Under the pieces are notes generated by a model that saw only the letters and a list, made by a program, of their open reading frames with translations, searched no databases and was not told the DNA's origin. A stretch of 55,599 nt of DNA from a virus (Duplodnaviria; Caudoviricetes), in the IMG/VR virus record IMGVR_UViG_3300038974_000149, positions 1 through 55,599 of that record; one strand, given 5' to 3'. This document shows positions 45,201 to 53,828 of this stretch, one piece after another; positions within the stretch are counted from its first letter, which is position 1; every line of letters starts with the position of its first letter. The position numbers and the translations under genes were made by a program.

Positions 45201-46113
45201 AAATGCCCGAACCCGAAAATCCACTTCTTCCAGAATAACCCGAGATACCAGAATCACCACTATAACCAGAAACACCTGAGTAACCAGAATCTCCACTGAA
45301 GCCACTGAATCCGCTAAAGCCCGAACGTCCACTAAAGCCTGAAATGCCAGAGTAACCAGAATGACCTGAAAATCCTGAGACGCCAGAGCCACTGTAGCCG
45401 CTTATTCCTGAGTAGCCAGAAATGCCAGAGTAACCCGAAATACCAGAATCTCCAGAATAACCACTTATTCCTGAATCACCTTTGTATCCTGAAATGCCAG
45501 AAAATCCGCTTATTCCTGAAAATCCACTGTATCCACTTGTTCCAGAGTATCCAGAGATGCCGCTATCTCCAGAGTAACCGCTTATTCCAGAATCACCTGA
45601 GTAGCCGGAGTCTCCAGAATAACCCGAGAATCCAGAAGCAGTTGCTAAACCATCGAGACCGCTGTAGCCCGAAATACCACTGTAGCCGCTGATTCCAGAG
45701 TAGCCAGAGTAACCCGAAAGACCACTATAACCACTGATTCCAGAGTAGCCTGAGATACCCGAATAGCCTGAGTTATTTATAATGTTATCTTCTAGCTCTT
45801 CTATCTTTCCTGCTGTGATCGTGTGAGCAATCTTGTCTCCAACAACCCAGTTTCTCGCAGTCGTCCCCTCTTGAGCTCGAACGACATCAAAAATGTCTCC
45901 AAATCCAGGAAGAGGTGTTACGTGAACGATTTCTCGATTAGGGTCATCAGAAGGGTTGTTGAATCTAGCTGCCCAGATAACTGCAATGAACACTCCATCC
46001 TGTGGAAAGCGCACTCCAGTTCCGGAAGCAACCGTCAGACTAGTTGCAGGAATAGATAAAGAAGAAGCAAGTGTTGAAACTGAAAAGTTTTTATTCTTAT
46101 AGATGATAGCCAT
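42292..46113 (-). CDS. giant Gly-x-Ser (SGYSG) repeat fibre protein
   Basis: N-terminal anchor (LAS.L...ATSLTVASG.G.RFP...V.RAQEGT.A..W..GD), about 850 aa of G-x-S, one CBM-like module; contains an adapter artefact. Confidence 0.85.
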   Translation of the reverse strand: MAIIYKNKNFSVSTLASSLSIPATSLTVASGTGVRFPQDGVFIAVIWAARFNNPSDDPNREIVHVTPLPGFGDIFDVVRAQEGTTARNWVVGDKIAHTITAGKIEELEDNIINNSGYSGISGYSGISGYSGLSGYSGYSGISGYSGISGYSGLDGLATASGFSGYSGDSGYSGDSGISGYSGDSGISGYSGTSGYSGFSGISGFSGISGYKGDSGISGYSGDSGISGYSGISGYSGISGYSGSGVSGFSGHSGYSGISGFSGRSGFSGFSGFSGDSGYSGVSGYSGDSGISGYSGRSGFSGSGISGYSGKSGFSGYSGIGDSGYSGASGFSGISGYSGISGYSGSGISGYSGISGFSGATGDSGYSGISGYSGVSGFSGFSGSSGYSGISGYSGISGYSGISGYSGSGISGYSGSGISGYSGTSGYSGVSGFSGYSGISGYSGQDAQMSGYSGYSGAEGDSGLSGYSGSGVSGYSGFSGEQGNFGESGYSGISGYSGDSTSGYSGISGISGYSGDSGISGYSGESGYSGSNGASGYSGYSGEGYSGADGVSGYSGYSGFSGDNPGSSGYSGISGYSGISGYSGISGYSGIDGASGYSGVEGSEGTSGYSGISGYSGYSGVDGSEGDSGYSGISGYSGDSGISGYSGISGYSGSSGISGYSGISGTDGDSGYSGISGYSGISGYSGDSGISGYSGISGFSGATGDSGYSGISGYSGESGYSGDSGISGYSGISGYSGQDGVIGSDGDSGYSGYSGESGYSGTSGFSGYSGDSGISGYSGYSGISGYSGISGYSGSGVSGYSGFSGYSGISGDSGYSGVSGYSGISGTSGYSGLSGYSGDSGISGYSGISGYSGSGYSGISGYSGYSGISGYSGYSGISGYSGDSGISGYSGLSGYSGYSGISGYSGYSGESGYSGISGYSGYSGISGFDGESGYSGISGYSGISGYSGTSGYSGSSGVSGYSGISGTQYPWEGSWDSGTAYQPNDCVEYNGSAYICVQSGTNQNPATETAYWNLFCASGYSGLGSSGYSGISGFSGASTSGYSGISGYSGSGISGYSGISGFSGYSGSGVSGYSGLSGYSGTSGANIYVGAEPPVSFSEGDLWRSEERRVGKDTDDVGGIGDSGYSGISGYSGISGYSGISGYSGISGLSGYSGRSGYSGISGLGSNVRTFSWVISNPAVGGFPGPRLYQAHTAVRIDSYVTAATSVTFNIEERSTIGSAGTNLLGSDQVATVTGASTTSFSDSSLAADNWLWIDISAVSGTPGQVVITLTCTV
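42779..42807 (+). other. Illumina adapter contamination
   Basis: TCTTTCCCTACACGACGCTCTTCCGATCT is an exact part of the TruSeq adapter; translates as RSEERRVGK. Confidence 0.97.
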
Positions 46114-46771
46114 TATTTTCCTTCAACTTCAGTTTTTTCTTTTCAATCCACTTTTCTTTTGCTATTTTACTCAAAATCTTTTTTGTTTCTTCAGAATGCT
46201 TTCTTTGCTTCGCTTTTTGCCTCATTTTCTCTCTAGTCTCTTCAGAGATAACTCTATTTCTCATCTTTTTCTTCGTCTCATCAGAAAACTTCATTCCAAG
46301 TCTAGCTCTACTTATGTTTCTTTTATGCTCTTCTGTTCTTGGCTGACACATTTTCCTTCTAACTTCTTCTGGAATAATCTTACCTAAATGACTAGTGCTA
46401 AATCGTTTTCTAGTTTCATCGGTTATGTTTCTATGAGATTCTCTCATTTTTTGAATAGACTCTTCTGAAAATCTTCTACCTAAACAGTTACCTGCCACTT
46501 TACAAACATTGTATTCTGGCTCTAATGTATCTAGATAGTGTTGTTCACGCTCAAGAAGCCTAGATTTGTCGATAATCTCTTCAATGACTTCGAATGAAAA
46601 ACTTTCTTCACTGTATTTGTTCCACGCTCTTTGAAGAAGAATAGAATGATGGCATTGTTTCTTTAAGGCATCTACATGCCCTTTCCATCTTTTACAAAAA
46701 TCTATAGTGCTACCAATGTATTTTTTACCATTTGTTTTATTTACTATAGTATAGATTCCTGATTTATTCAT
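46097..46771 (-). CDS. GIY-YIG homing endonuclease with NUMOD3-like repeats
   Basis: SGIYTI...KYIGS...R...H...EQHYLD...PEYN; repeated SEET..KM. Confidence 0.9.
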   Translation of the reverse strand: MNKSGIYTIVNKTNGKKYIGSTIDFCKRWKGHVDALKKQCHHSILLQRAWNKYSEESFSFEVIEEIIDKSRLLEREQHYLDTLEPEYNVCKVAGNCLGRRFSEESIQKMRESHRNITDETRKRFSTSHLGKIIPEEVRRKMCQPRTEEHKRNISRARLGMKFSDETKKKMRNRVISEETREKMRQKAKQRKHSEETKKILSKIAKEKWIEKKKLKLKENNGYHL

Positions 46772-46774
46772 TGG

Positions 46775-47161
46775 TTAGTTCTTCTCTCTTATAATGACCC
46801 AGACATCTTCCTCCTTCACTTGAGAGTCAGAAAGTGTAACCTTGAAAGATAGCTTGTATTTGAACTCAGCAACACCCTCAGAAATCATAACAGCAAGAAT
46901 ACGTTCTCTACCTGCTGTTCCTGTCAAAACAGGAGTATCAAGCACAAGGTGGCTTGCATAATCGCTCGGCGAAGCACCTGTCGATAGAGACTCTGTAGCT
47001 TCAACTGAAACATAAGTAACACCAGGAGCAACAGCTACTATTGTCACACCTGCAGGGACACGCCTTGAAAAGTCAACACCGATTATTTCTTTTTCAGCAG
47101 GTTGTTTTGTGTACTCAAAAACTCCTGAAGATGAGCAGGGATTACAGTTCGTTGAAGCCAT
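46775..47161 (-). CDS. putative fibre/tail adaptor protein
   Basis: KQPAEK...VDFS...G...YKL...T......E.D pattern. Confidence 0.55.
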   Translation of the reverse strand: MASTNCNPCSSSGVFEYTKQPAEKEIIGVDFSRRVPAGVTIVAVAPGVTYVSVEATESLSTGASPSDYASHLVLDTPVLTGTAGRERILAVMISEGVAEFKYKLSFKVTLSDSQVKEEDVWVIIREKN

Positions 47162-47174
47162 TATCTATCTCCGA

Positions 47175-47990
47175 TTAGACTATTGTTGTGGTTGTAGTGA
47201 GCTGGACTGGTTGACTGATTCTTGTCCAGTCAACATTAGAAATCATTGAGAGGTTTTTACCGTATACAGTTTCTCCCAAGTAAATCAAGCTATTGTTGTT
47301 AGCAATCATTAGACCGCTATTGATAGTAGGATAGTAAGCATCAATAGCAGAAGAATAAGCTAGTCCCGCAGGGATGTAAACTCTTGTGTTCGCTGTTGTC
47401 GTGGCGTTATAGATGTTGAAGACTATGTTATACGTTGTTCCAGTTGCAAAATCTGATGACAGTTTGAAGAACAAAACATCACCATTTGTATCTATGTCAT
47501 CATAATCGCTAGCTACACCAGCAGAGCTAAGAGTTACGAGAAGAGTTGCGTTTGCTGGGTCTGCAGCATTCGCAATGAGGTCTTCATAAGAACATACGTA
47601 AAAGCTTATTGAACCGGCTGTAATCGAACCGCACAACTTTGAGAACACATTGTCGGCGTCTCCGATGTATCCAAAGAGAAGCTGCTTCAATGTCATTTCT
47701 ACATTCTGGTCTATTGTTTCTGAATCTCCATAACCTATAACTCTATCGTCTGATTCTCTGACAGCTTCTTCAATCCAAGGGCCGCCGGGAGCGGTAGATT
47801 CAGTAGAAGCATAAAGAGATTCTATAGGATCATCATCGGGATACTCTATCAAATAGACTTTGCAATCAGCATCAAGAGTATCCGTCCACTCTAAAGCGAC
47901 AAAATCCCAGAAGTTTCCTGAAGCATCTCGGAGTCTAGTGTAGATTCCTGTATCACCGAGTCCTTTTATGTATCGTATGTAGAACTTCAT
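47175..47990 (-). CDS. putative virion protein; paralog of 33161-33631
   Basis: Shared N-terminal domain, different C-terminus. Confidence 0.7.
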   Translation of the reverse strand: MKFYIRYIKGLGDTGIYTRLRDASGNFWDFVALEWTDTLDADCKVYLIEYPDDDPIESLYASTESTAPGGPWIEEAVRESDDRVIGYGDSETIDQNVEMTLKQLLFGYIGDADNVFSKLCGSITAGSISFYVCSYEDLIANAADPANATLLVTLSSAGVASDYDDIDTNGDVLFFKLSSDFATGTTYNIVFNIYNATTTANTRVYIPAGLAYSSAIDAYYPTINSGLMIANNNSLIYLGETVYGKNLSMISNVDWTRISQPVQLTTTTTIV

Positions 47991-48000
47991 TTATTTCTCC

Positions 48001-51000
48001 TTATGGACTTTGTTTAGTAACTGTATAGAACCACACGGTTCCTGAATAACCAGCTGGATGGTACGCTATGAAGCCACTTGTTCCTGTTATCGCAGGATAA
48101 ACTCCACTTGCGGAGTCAGCAGCTTGAGCGGCAGCTGCTGCTGCAGTAGATGGAGCCAGCATAACAACATCGGATGCCTCCATGGTTACTCCAGTTCCCT
48201 TGTATCCAGAAGTCGTTGAAAGATTTCCAAGAGTGACAGTTCCCGCTCCCTTTACAACTTGAATACCAGAATAACCACTTATTCCTGAGTAACCTGAAAG
48301 TCCTGAGTATCCCGAGATGCCAGAACCAGAATAACCACTCACACCAGAGCCAGAATAACCAGAAACACCGGAGTATCCTGAAGTGCTAGCACCAGAATAA
48401 CCACTTATTCCTGAATAACCCGAGGTTCCTGAATCTCCTACTGCTCCTGCAAATCCAGAGTAACCTGATTTTCCTGAGTAACCCGAAATGCCACTATAAC
48501 CTGAGTATCCTGAGATGCCAGAGTAGCCTGAATAACCTCTTGCTCCTGAGTAACCAGAGTAGCCAGAATCACCACCCGGTTCACCTGAAGAGCCACTAAA
48601 TCCAGAGTAGCCTGAGTAACCTGAATCTCCACCGGGTTCACCCGAGTAACCAGAAGGTCCTTCTACGCCAGAATAGCCTGAAGCGCCATCGATACCAGAG
48701 TATCCTGATTCGCCACTGTATCCGCTATCTCCGGAATAACCAGAACGTCCAGAATAGCCACTGGTTCCTGAATAACCCGAGAATCCCGAAGCAGTTGCTA
48801 AACCGTCAAGACCACTGAAACCACTGAAACCTGAAACACCTGAGTATCCAGAGATACCAGAGTAACCGCTGAAACCTGAATAGCCTGAATCTCCACCTGG
48901 CTCGCCTGAAGTACCACTGAATCCTGAATAGCCAGAATAACCTGAGTCGCCACCTGGTTCACCGGAATAACCTGAAGTTCCCACAGCACCAGAATAACCT
49001 GAAGTTCCAACAGTGCCTGAGTAGCCGGAGTAACCTGAAGTTCCCAAGCGGCCACTGTAGCCTGAAGTACCTGAATAACCCGAAGTACCACTTCCTGAAT
49101 AACCCGAGAAGCCACTAAATCCCGAACGACCTGAGTAACCGCTGATTCCCGAGTAACCAGAGAATCCAGATTCTGTTGCTAAACCATCGAGACCACTGTA
49201 TCCTGAAAGTCCAGAGTATCCAGAGATACCAGATTCTCCTGATTCACCAAGTCCAGAGTAACCAGAGTAACCTGAAGAACCTATAAATGCTGCTCCAGAA
49301 AATCCGGAAAGTCCTGAGTATCCCGAGTTTCCAGCTCGACCGGAAAATCCAGAAAGCCCTGATACACCAGAATAACCGGAAACACCTTGCGTTCCAGAAT
49401 AGCCAGAGTAGCCCGACATTTGAGCATCTTGACCGGAATAGCCCGAGACACCAGAGTAACCAGAAAATCCTCTTACACCGATACCAGAAACACCTGAGTA
49501 ACCAGAAACACCAGAACCCGAATAACCCGAAATGCCTGAGTATCCTGAGATTCCAGAATAACCACTATAGCCAGAAATGCCCGAGTACCCACTTATTCCA
49601 GAGTAACCAGAGATACCTGAGTAACCGGAAACACCAGAGTATCCAGATACTCCAGAATCAACCATTACATCCCAATAAAGAGAAGCTCCTGAGGGTACAT
49701 CTCCACCCAAACTAGATTGAATGCAAATGTAGCTAACGCCATTATAGGCTATGACATCGTTTATAGAATAAGTTACAGGAAGATCTTCCCAATCACCTCT
49801 CCAAATAATCGAATAGCCAGAGTAACCAGAGATGCCACTGTAACCGCTTATTCCTGAGAAACCACTTATTCCTGAATAGCCGGAGATACCAGAGTAACCT
49901 GAAGTGCTATCTCCTGAGTAACCAGAAACACCTGAGTATCCAGAAATACCGGAATAGCCAGAGTCACCAGAAATGCCAGAGTAACCAGAGATTCCACTAT
50001 CGCCAGAATAACCACTTATTCCTGAATCACCTGAATAACCGGAGATGCCAGAATCACCGGAATAGCCCGAGATGCCACTGTAACCAGATGTGCTATCGCC
50101 CGAATAACCTGAGATACCACTGTAGCCCGATTCACCGGAATAACCAGATTCACCAGAGCCGGAATAGCCTGAGAAACCTGAATAGCCTGAATCTCCACCT
50201 GGGTCACCCGATGTACCACTGAAACCAGAATAACCTGAGTAACCAGAATCACTTCCTGGCTCGCCCGAGTAACCACTTGTACCAGAGTAGCCCGATTCAC
50301 CGGAATAACCAGATTCACCAGAGCCGGAATAGCCGGAATAACCCGACTCACCTAAACCCGAATAGCCAGAGATGCCAGAATAACCAGATTCACCAGAACC
50401 ACTGTAGCCAGAAAGTCCTGAATAACCAGAATCTCCCGTTTCGCCCTTGTAACCAGAAATGCCAGAGTAACCGCTTATTCCAGAGTAACCGCTTATTCCA
50501 GAGTAACCAGAATCTCCTTTGTATCCTGAAATGCCCGAGAAACCTGAAAATCCAGAAACACCAGAACCACTATAGCCTGAACGTCCAGAATAGCCTGAGA
50601 TTCCGCTGTAACCTGAAGTTCCTATTTTACCACTGTAGCCACTTATTCCAGAATAACCACTGAATCCAGAATAGCCAGAGTATCCACTAAATCCAGAATA
50701 GCCTGAGATTCCTGAGAAGCCACTGTAACCACTTATTCCTGAGTAACCTGAGTAGCCTGAGCTTGTAAATAGATTCCAGTATAGAGGCGAAGAATCAGGT
50801 TCGTCATCTTGACTTGGTTGAATACAAACATACGTTGAACCATTATAATGAACTACATCGTATTCGACATAGATTGTCGTATCGTTCCACTCGTCTCTCC
50901 AGTTGAATCCAACACCTTGGTCTCCCTGAGCAGCCATCAAAGCCCAGTATTCTTCCCATGGTTCTGTTCCAGATGGAAGAACAGGCGGAATGTATTCTGG

Positions 51001-51765
51001 CTCAGTTCCTGAAGAGCTTGTATGGCTCTGAATACAGATAAATGTTGAGCCAGCATCAACGTCTCTAACTACGTCATCTTTATAATACTCAGTATCTAGA
51101 GTCCAGATTCCTCTCCAAATAAACGAATAACCAGAGTATCCTGAATAGCCACTGGTTCCTGAATAACCTGAAATGCCGGAAAATCCTGAAAATCCACTGT
51201 AACCACTTCTTCCAGAGTATCCAGAATCACCCTTATCGCCTTCGTAGCCACTTATTCCAGAATAACCAGAAGTTCCTCTTGCTCCCACATAGCCACTTAT
51301 TCCTGAGTAGCCAGAGATACCAGAATAGCCAGAGATACCGGAGTATCCTGAAGTGCTAGCTCCACTCAGTCCAGAATAGCCTGAGTAACCCGAAGAACCT
51401 ACAAACTCAGAACCACTAAAACCAGAAAGTCCCGAGTAGCCAGAGATACCAGAATAGCCTGAAATACCTGAGCCAGAATAACCTGAAATACCTGAGCCAC
51501 TTCGACCTGAAAAACCAGATTTTCCAGAATAACCAGAATAGCCACTTTCGCCTACCTCTCCAGAGTAGCCTGAGCGACCAGAGTATCCTGAATCACCATC
51601 GGTGCCTGAGTAACCAGAGTAACCACTGATTCCAGAATAGCCTGAGTAAGCTGTTCCAGATGAGTATTCTATTTCTGTACGATCAGCATTCCATTTGATG
51701 AACTGGCCAGATCCACCCGCTGGTACATCATAAAGGTCGCCAAACTCTGAAAAGATTCTTTTCAT
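48001..51765 (-). CDS. giant Gly-x-Ser (SGYSG) repeat fibre protein with three CBM5/12-like modules
   Basis: 1254 aa; three WRG.W...Y...DV(V/I)...G.(T/S)(Y/F)(I/V)CIQ modules; N-terminus resembles that of 38591-40555. Confidence 0.85.
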   Translation of the reverse strand: MKRIFSEFGDLYDVPAGGSGQFIKWNADRTEIEYSSGTAYSGYSGISGYSGYSGTDGDSGYSGRSGYSGEVGESGYSGYSGKSGFSGRSGSGISGYSGSGISGYSGISGYSGLSGFSGSEFVGSSGYSGYSGLSGASTSGYSGISGYSGISGYSGISGYVGARGTSGYSGISGYEGDKGDSGYSGRSGYSGFSGFSGISGYSGTSGYSGYSGYSFIWRGIWTLDTEYYKDDVVRDVDAGSTFICIQSHTSSSGTEPEYIPPVLPSGTEPWEEYWALMAAQGDQGVGFNWRDEWNDTTIYVEYDVVHYNGSTYVCIQPSQDDEPDSSPLYWNLFTSSGYSGYSGISGYSGFSGISGYSGFSGYSGYSGFSGYSGISGYSGKIGTSGYSGISGYSGRSGYSGSGVSGFSGFSGISGYKGDSGYSGISGYSGISGYSGISGYKGETGDSGYSGLSGYSGSGESGYSGISGYSGLGESGYSGYSGSGESGYSGESGYSGTSGYSGEPGSDSGYSGYSGFSGTSGDPGGDSGYSGFSGYSGSGESGYSGESGYSGISGYSGDSTSGYSGISGYSGDSGISGYSGDSGISGYSGDSGISGYSGISGDSGYSGISGYSGVSGYSGDSTSGYSGISGYSGISGFSGISGYSGISGYSGYSIIWRGDWEDLPVTYSINDVIAYNGVSYICIQSSLGGDVPSGASLYWDVMVDSGVSGYSGVSGYSGISGYSGISGYSGISGYSGYSGISGYSGISGYSGSGVSGYSGVSGIGVRGFSGYSGVSGYSGQDAQMSGYSGYSGTQGVSGYSGVSGLSGFSGRAGNSGYSGLSGFSGAAFIGSSGYSGYSGLGESGESGISGYSGLSGYSGLDGLATESGFSGYSGISGYSGRSGFSGFSGYSGSGTSGYSGTSGYSGRLGTSGYSGYSGTVGTSGYSGAVGTSGYSGEPGGDSGYSGYSGFSGTSGEPGGDSGYSGFSGYSGISGYSGVSGFSGFSGLDGLATASGFSGYSGTSGYSGRSGYSGDSGYSGESGYSGIDGASGYSGVEGPSGYSGEPGGDSGYSGYSGFSGSSGEPGGDSGYSGYSGARGYSGYSGISGYSGYSGISGYSGKSGYSGFAGAVGDSGTSGYSGISGYSGASTSGYSGVSGYSGSGVSGYSGSGISGYSGLSGYSGISGYSGIQVVKGAGTVTLGNLSTTSGYKGTGVTMEASDVVMLAPSTAAAAAAQAADSASGVYPAITGTSGFIAYHPAGYSGTVWFYTVTKQSP

Positions 51766-51776
51766 TCTATTATTCC

Positions 51777-52115
51777 TTAGTAAATGTCTCTAGTACTTAT
51801 GATTTCTGTTCGAAGATCAATGTCGAAATTCTGAAGTGTTTGATAGGAGCCTTCTACGGTAAGCCTGACGAGTTCTCCATAATACTTGCTTATGCAAAGC
51901 TCTGAAGTCATGTCGTTGGTGATTGTGAGCTCGAAGAGCCCATGGCATGCATCGGTTATTGTGCACTCTGTGGGTTCGATGCAGTAGTAATCGTTGTTTC
52001 GATCGCTTTTCATCGCAAAAAAGATTCGATCTCCTGTGATGTCACGGTGAAGATCAAAAGTCAATATTATTGTCCTGTCTCTAATAAAGATTAGCTTTGT
52101 TTCATTTGAAGACAT
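51777..52115 (-). CDS. BppU-N-like baseplate/adaptor protein
   Basis: DITG..IFFAMK...ITDA..G.FELTIT...T...YYGEL pattern. Confidence 0.55.
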   Translation of the reverse strand: MSSNETKLIFIRDRTIILTFDLHRDITGDRIFFAMKSDRNNDYYCIEPTECTITDACHGLFELTITNDMTSELCISKYYGELVRLTVEGSYQTLQNFDIDLRTEIISTRDIY

Positions 52116-52780
52116 TGAAATTCTCCCATTCTTCTGCGTTCTCTATTAGATTTACTCATTGGATTGTTTTGGCCTCGTTGTCTTTCAGAAATTTCTAAAC
52201 ATCTTTGACCTTTGTTCCATGCTATTTTACCTTTATTCTTCCCTTTCATTGCTATCGATCTTTTCTTATTAGCCTCTTCTGACTGCTTTTTACCCCAATT
52301 CGGGCTATTTTTTCCTGCCATTCTACCATCAGACAAAGTCTTAGACCTTTTCATTCGAACTTCAATAGATTGTTCTCTACCCTTATTTATGCCCTTCAGT
52401 CTACCATCAGATAATGCTTTAGAAATACATTGTCTATGATTATCTGAAAGATGAATATCTTTATGAGATTTAGACATCCTCGAACAAGTTTCTTTTGTAT
52501 GTCGACCTCTAAATCCTTCTCCTCCATCAACTATGTTGTAAAGCATTTCTTTACCATAGAAATCTTTAAAAAGCGCAATCCAATAAATCTCTTTTTTAGC
52601 AAGTTCTTCGAAAGTATCACATTCTTCTATAATTATCCTATGAAAATTTTCTTTTCCGTATTTCGCTATAGCTCTCTTCAACCATGTTCCAGATCCTAAA
52701 TAGCCATCATTAACACTACCAACATGCATGCCAATATAAAACATGTCATTTAGTTTATTTATAGTTTTATAGACAAACAT
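52091..52780 (-). CDS. GIY-YIG (Seg-like) homing endonuclease
   Basis: VYKT.N...YIG.H...DGYLGSG...AI.KYGKENF...E...YN...GGEG plus NUMOD3-like repeats. Confidence 0.9.
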   Translation of the reverse strand: MFVYKTINKLNDMFYIGMHVGSVNDGYLGSGTWLKRAIAKYGKENFHRIIIEECDTFEELAKKEIYWIALFKDFYGKEMLYNIVDGGEGFRGRHTKETCSRMSKSHKDIHLSDNHRQCISKALSDGRLKGINKGREQSIEVRMKRSKTLSDGRMAGKNSPNWGKKQSEEANKKRSIAMKGKNKGKIAWNKGQRCLEISERQRGQNNPMSKSNRERRRMGEFQCLQMKQS

Positions 52781-52853
52781 AGAATCTCCGTATAGCGTGT
52801 ATAGAGCGTTGTAATTTATTTATAAATTAGCAAAATTGAGCCAATTATTTGCG

Positions 52854-53411
52854 CTAAAGTGTTATCTGTGATGAATTATTTCGTTGTTTGGCTAAAGAGA
52901 TTCTTTTCTTATGCTCTTCTGAAAGATGTTTTCCAAACCAGGGACAGTTATCTTTGTTTTTATATATCTCTTTTAATTTTTCGCTAATTTTTCTTTTAGT
53001 TTCTTCTGAATTCTTTCTATTCAAGCTTATCCTGGCAGTTCTAGCAGCGGCTATATGTTCTGCAGATTGTTTTCGTCCTTTAAGATCACTGCTATGTTTT
53101 CTTGCAATGGCATCGCGATGGGGATGATGAGAAATTGTATCTCCGCCAAACGCACCCACAGCGATATTATACCCAGAAGGATTAAAGCAACCATAAAACA
53201 ATTGCCAAAATTTTTCTTTTTCATCGGCTTCGTCTTGATTTAGCGCAAAATCTATGTTTATTCTATAAAAATTTTCTCGACCATATTTTCTTATCGCTTT
53301 CAACATCAGCTTTCCAGATCCTAAATATTTATCATTATCACATCTATCTAAGCGCTGACCAACATACTTCTTTCCATTTATTTTATTTGTCGTTAAATAG
53401 ATCGTATGCAT
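52854..53411 (-). CDS. GIY-YIG (Seg-like) homing endonuclease
   Basis: IYLTTN..NGKKYVG...YLGSG...KYGRENF...GYN; SEETKRKIS repeats. Confidence 0.9.
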   Translation of the reverse strand: MHTIYLTTNKINGKKYVGQRLDRCDNDKYLGSGKLMLKAIRKYGRENFYRINIDFALNQDEADEKEKFWQLFYGCFNPSGYNIAVGAFGGDTISHHPHRDAIARKHSSDLKGRKQSAEHIAAARTARISLNRKNSEETKRKISEKLKEIYKNKDNCPWFGKHLSEEHKKRISLAKQRNNSSQITL

Positions 53412-53423
53412 AAAACAGCTCTC

Positions 53424-53828
53424 CTATGGTATTAAAACAATAACAAACACTAAAGCAGTTCCCAATGCAACAATATAAGGTTTTTTGTACCAAACATCTA
53501 GTTCTGCGATTCTTTCCTCTAGTTTCTCTTCAACTGCTTCAGATTCTTGCGTTTTCATTTCTAGCTTTTGTTCGGCGAGTTCCTTCTGTTTGAGTGTGAG
53601 CTCGTACAGTTGAGTACGTAGCTGGTAAGCCTCTTTCGTACTTTGAAGGTCTGCGATAGCGACGATAACTTTTTCGAATCTGGAAGGAGCCACAATATAT
53701 CCCGTAAATGGTACAATTTCTCCCTTTAAAACATACTTCGTGTCATCAATTTCAGCAGCGGGAACTATAGATACAAAAATAAAACACAAGAAAATCAAAG
53801 CATTCAAAAAACCACAAATTATTTTCAT
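53424..53828 (-). CDS. exported coiled-coil protein with C-terminal TM helix (spanin-like)
   Basis: N-terminal signal peptide, coiled coil, WYKKPY followed by a hydrophobic tail. Confidence 0.5.
   Translation of the reverse strand: MKIICGFLNALIFLCFIFVSIVPAAEIDDTKYVLKGEIVPFTGYIVAPSRFEKVIVAIADLQSTKEAYQLRTQLYELTLKQKELAEQKLEMKTQESEAVEEKLEERIAELDVWYKKPYIVALGTALVFVIVLIP

Noticed and set aside
37646-51765. Highly repetitive DNA that could be taken for a CRISPR array or satellite
   Set aside because: The repeats are degenerate 9/18-nt codon units of G-x-S proteins with synonymous variation; there is no constant repeat with unique spacers.
52812-52829. T4-type late promoter TATAAATA (also at 2939-2950)
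   Set aside because: Only two clear occurrences were noticed in AT-rich DNA, and none before the main structural genes; insufficient support.
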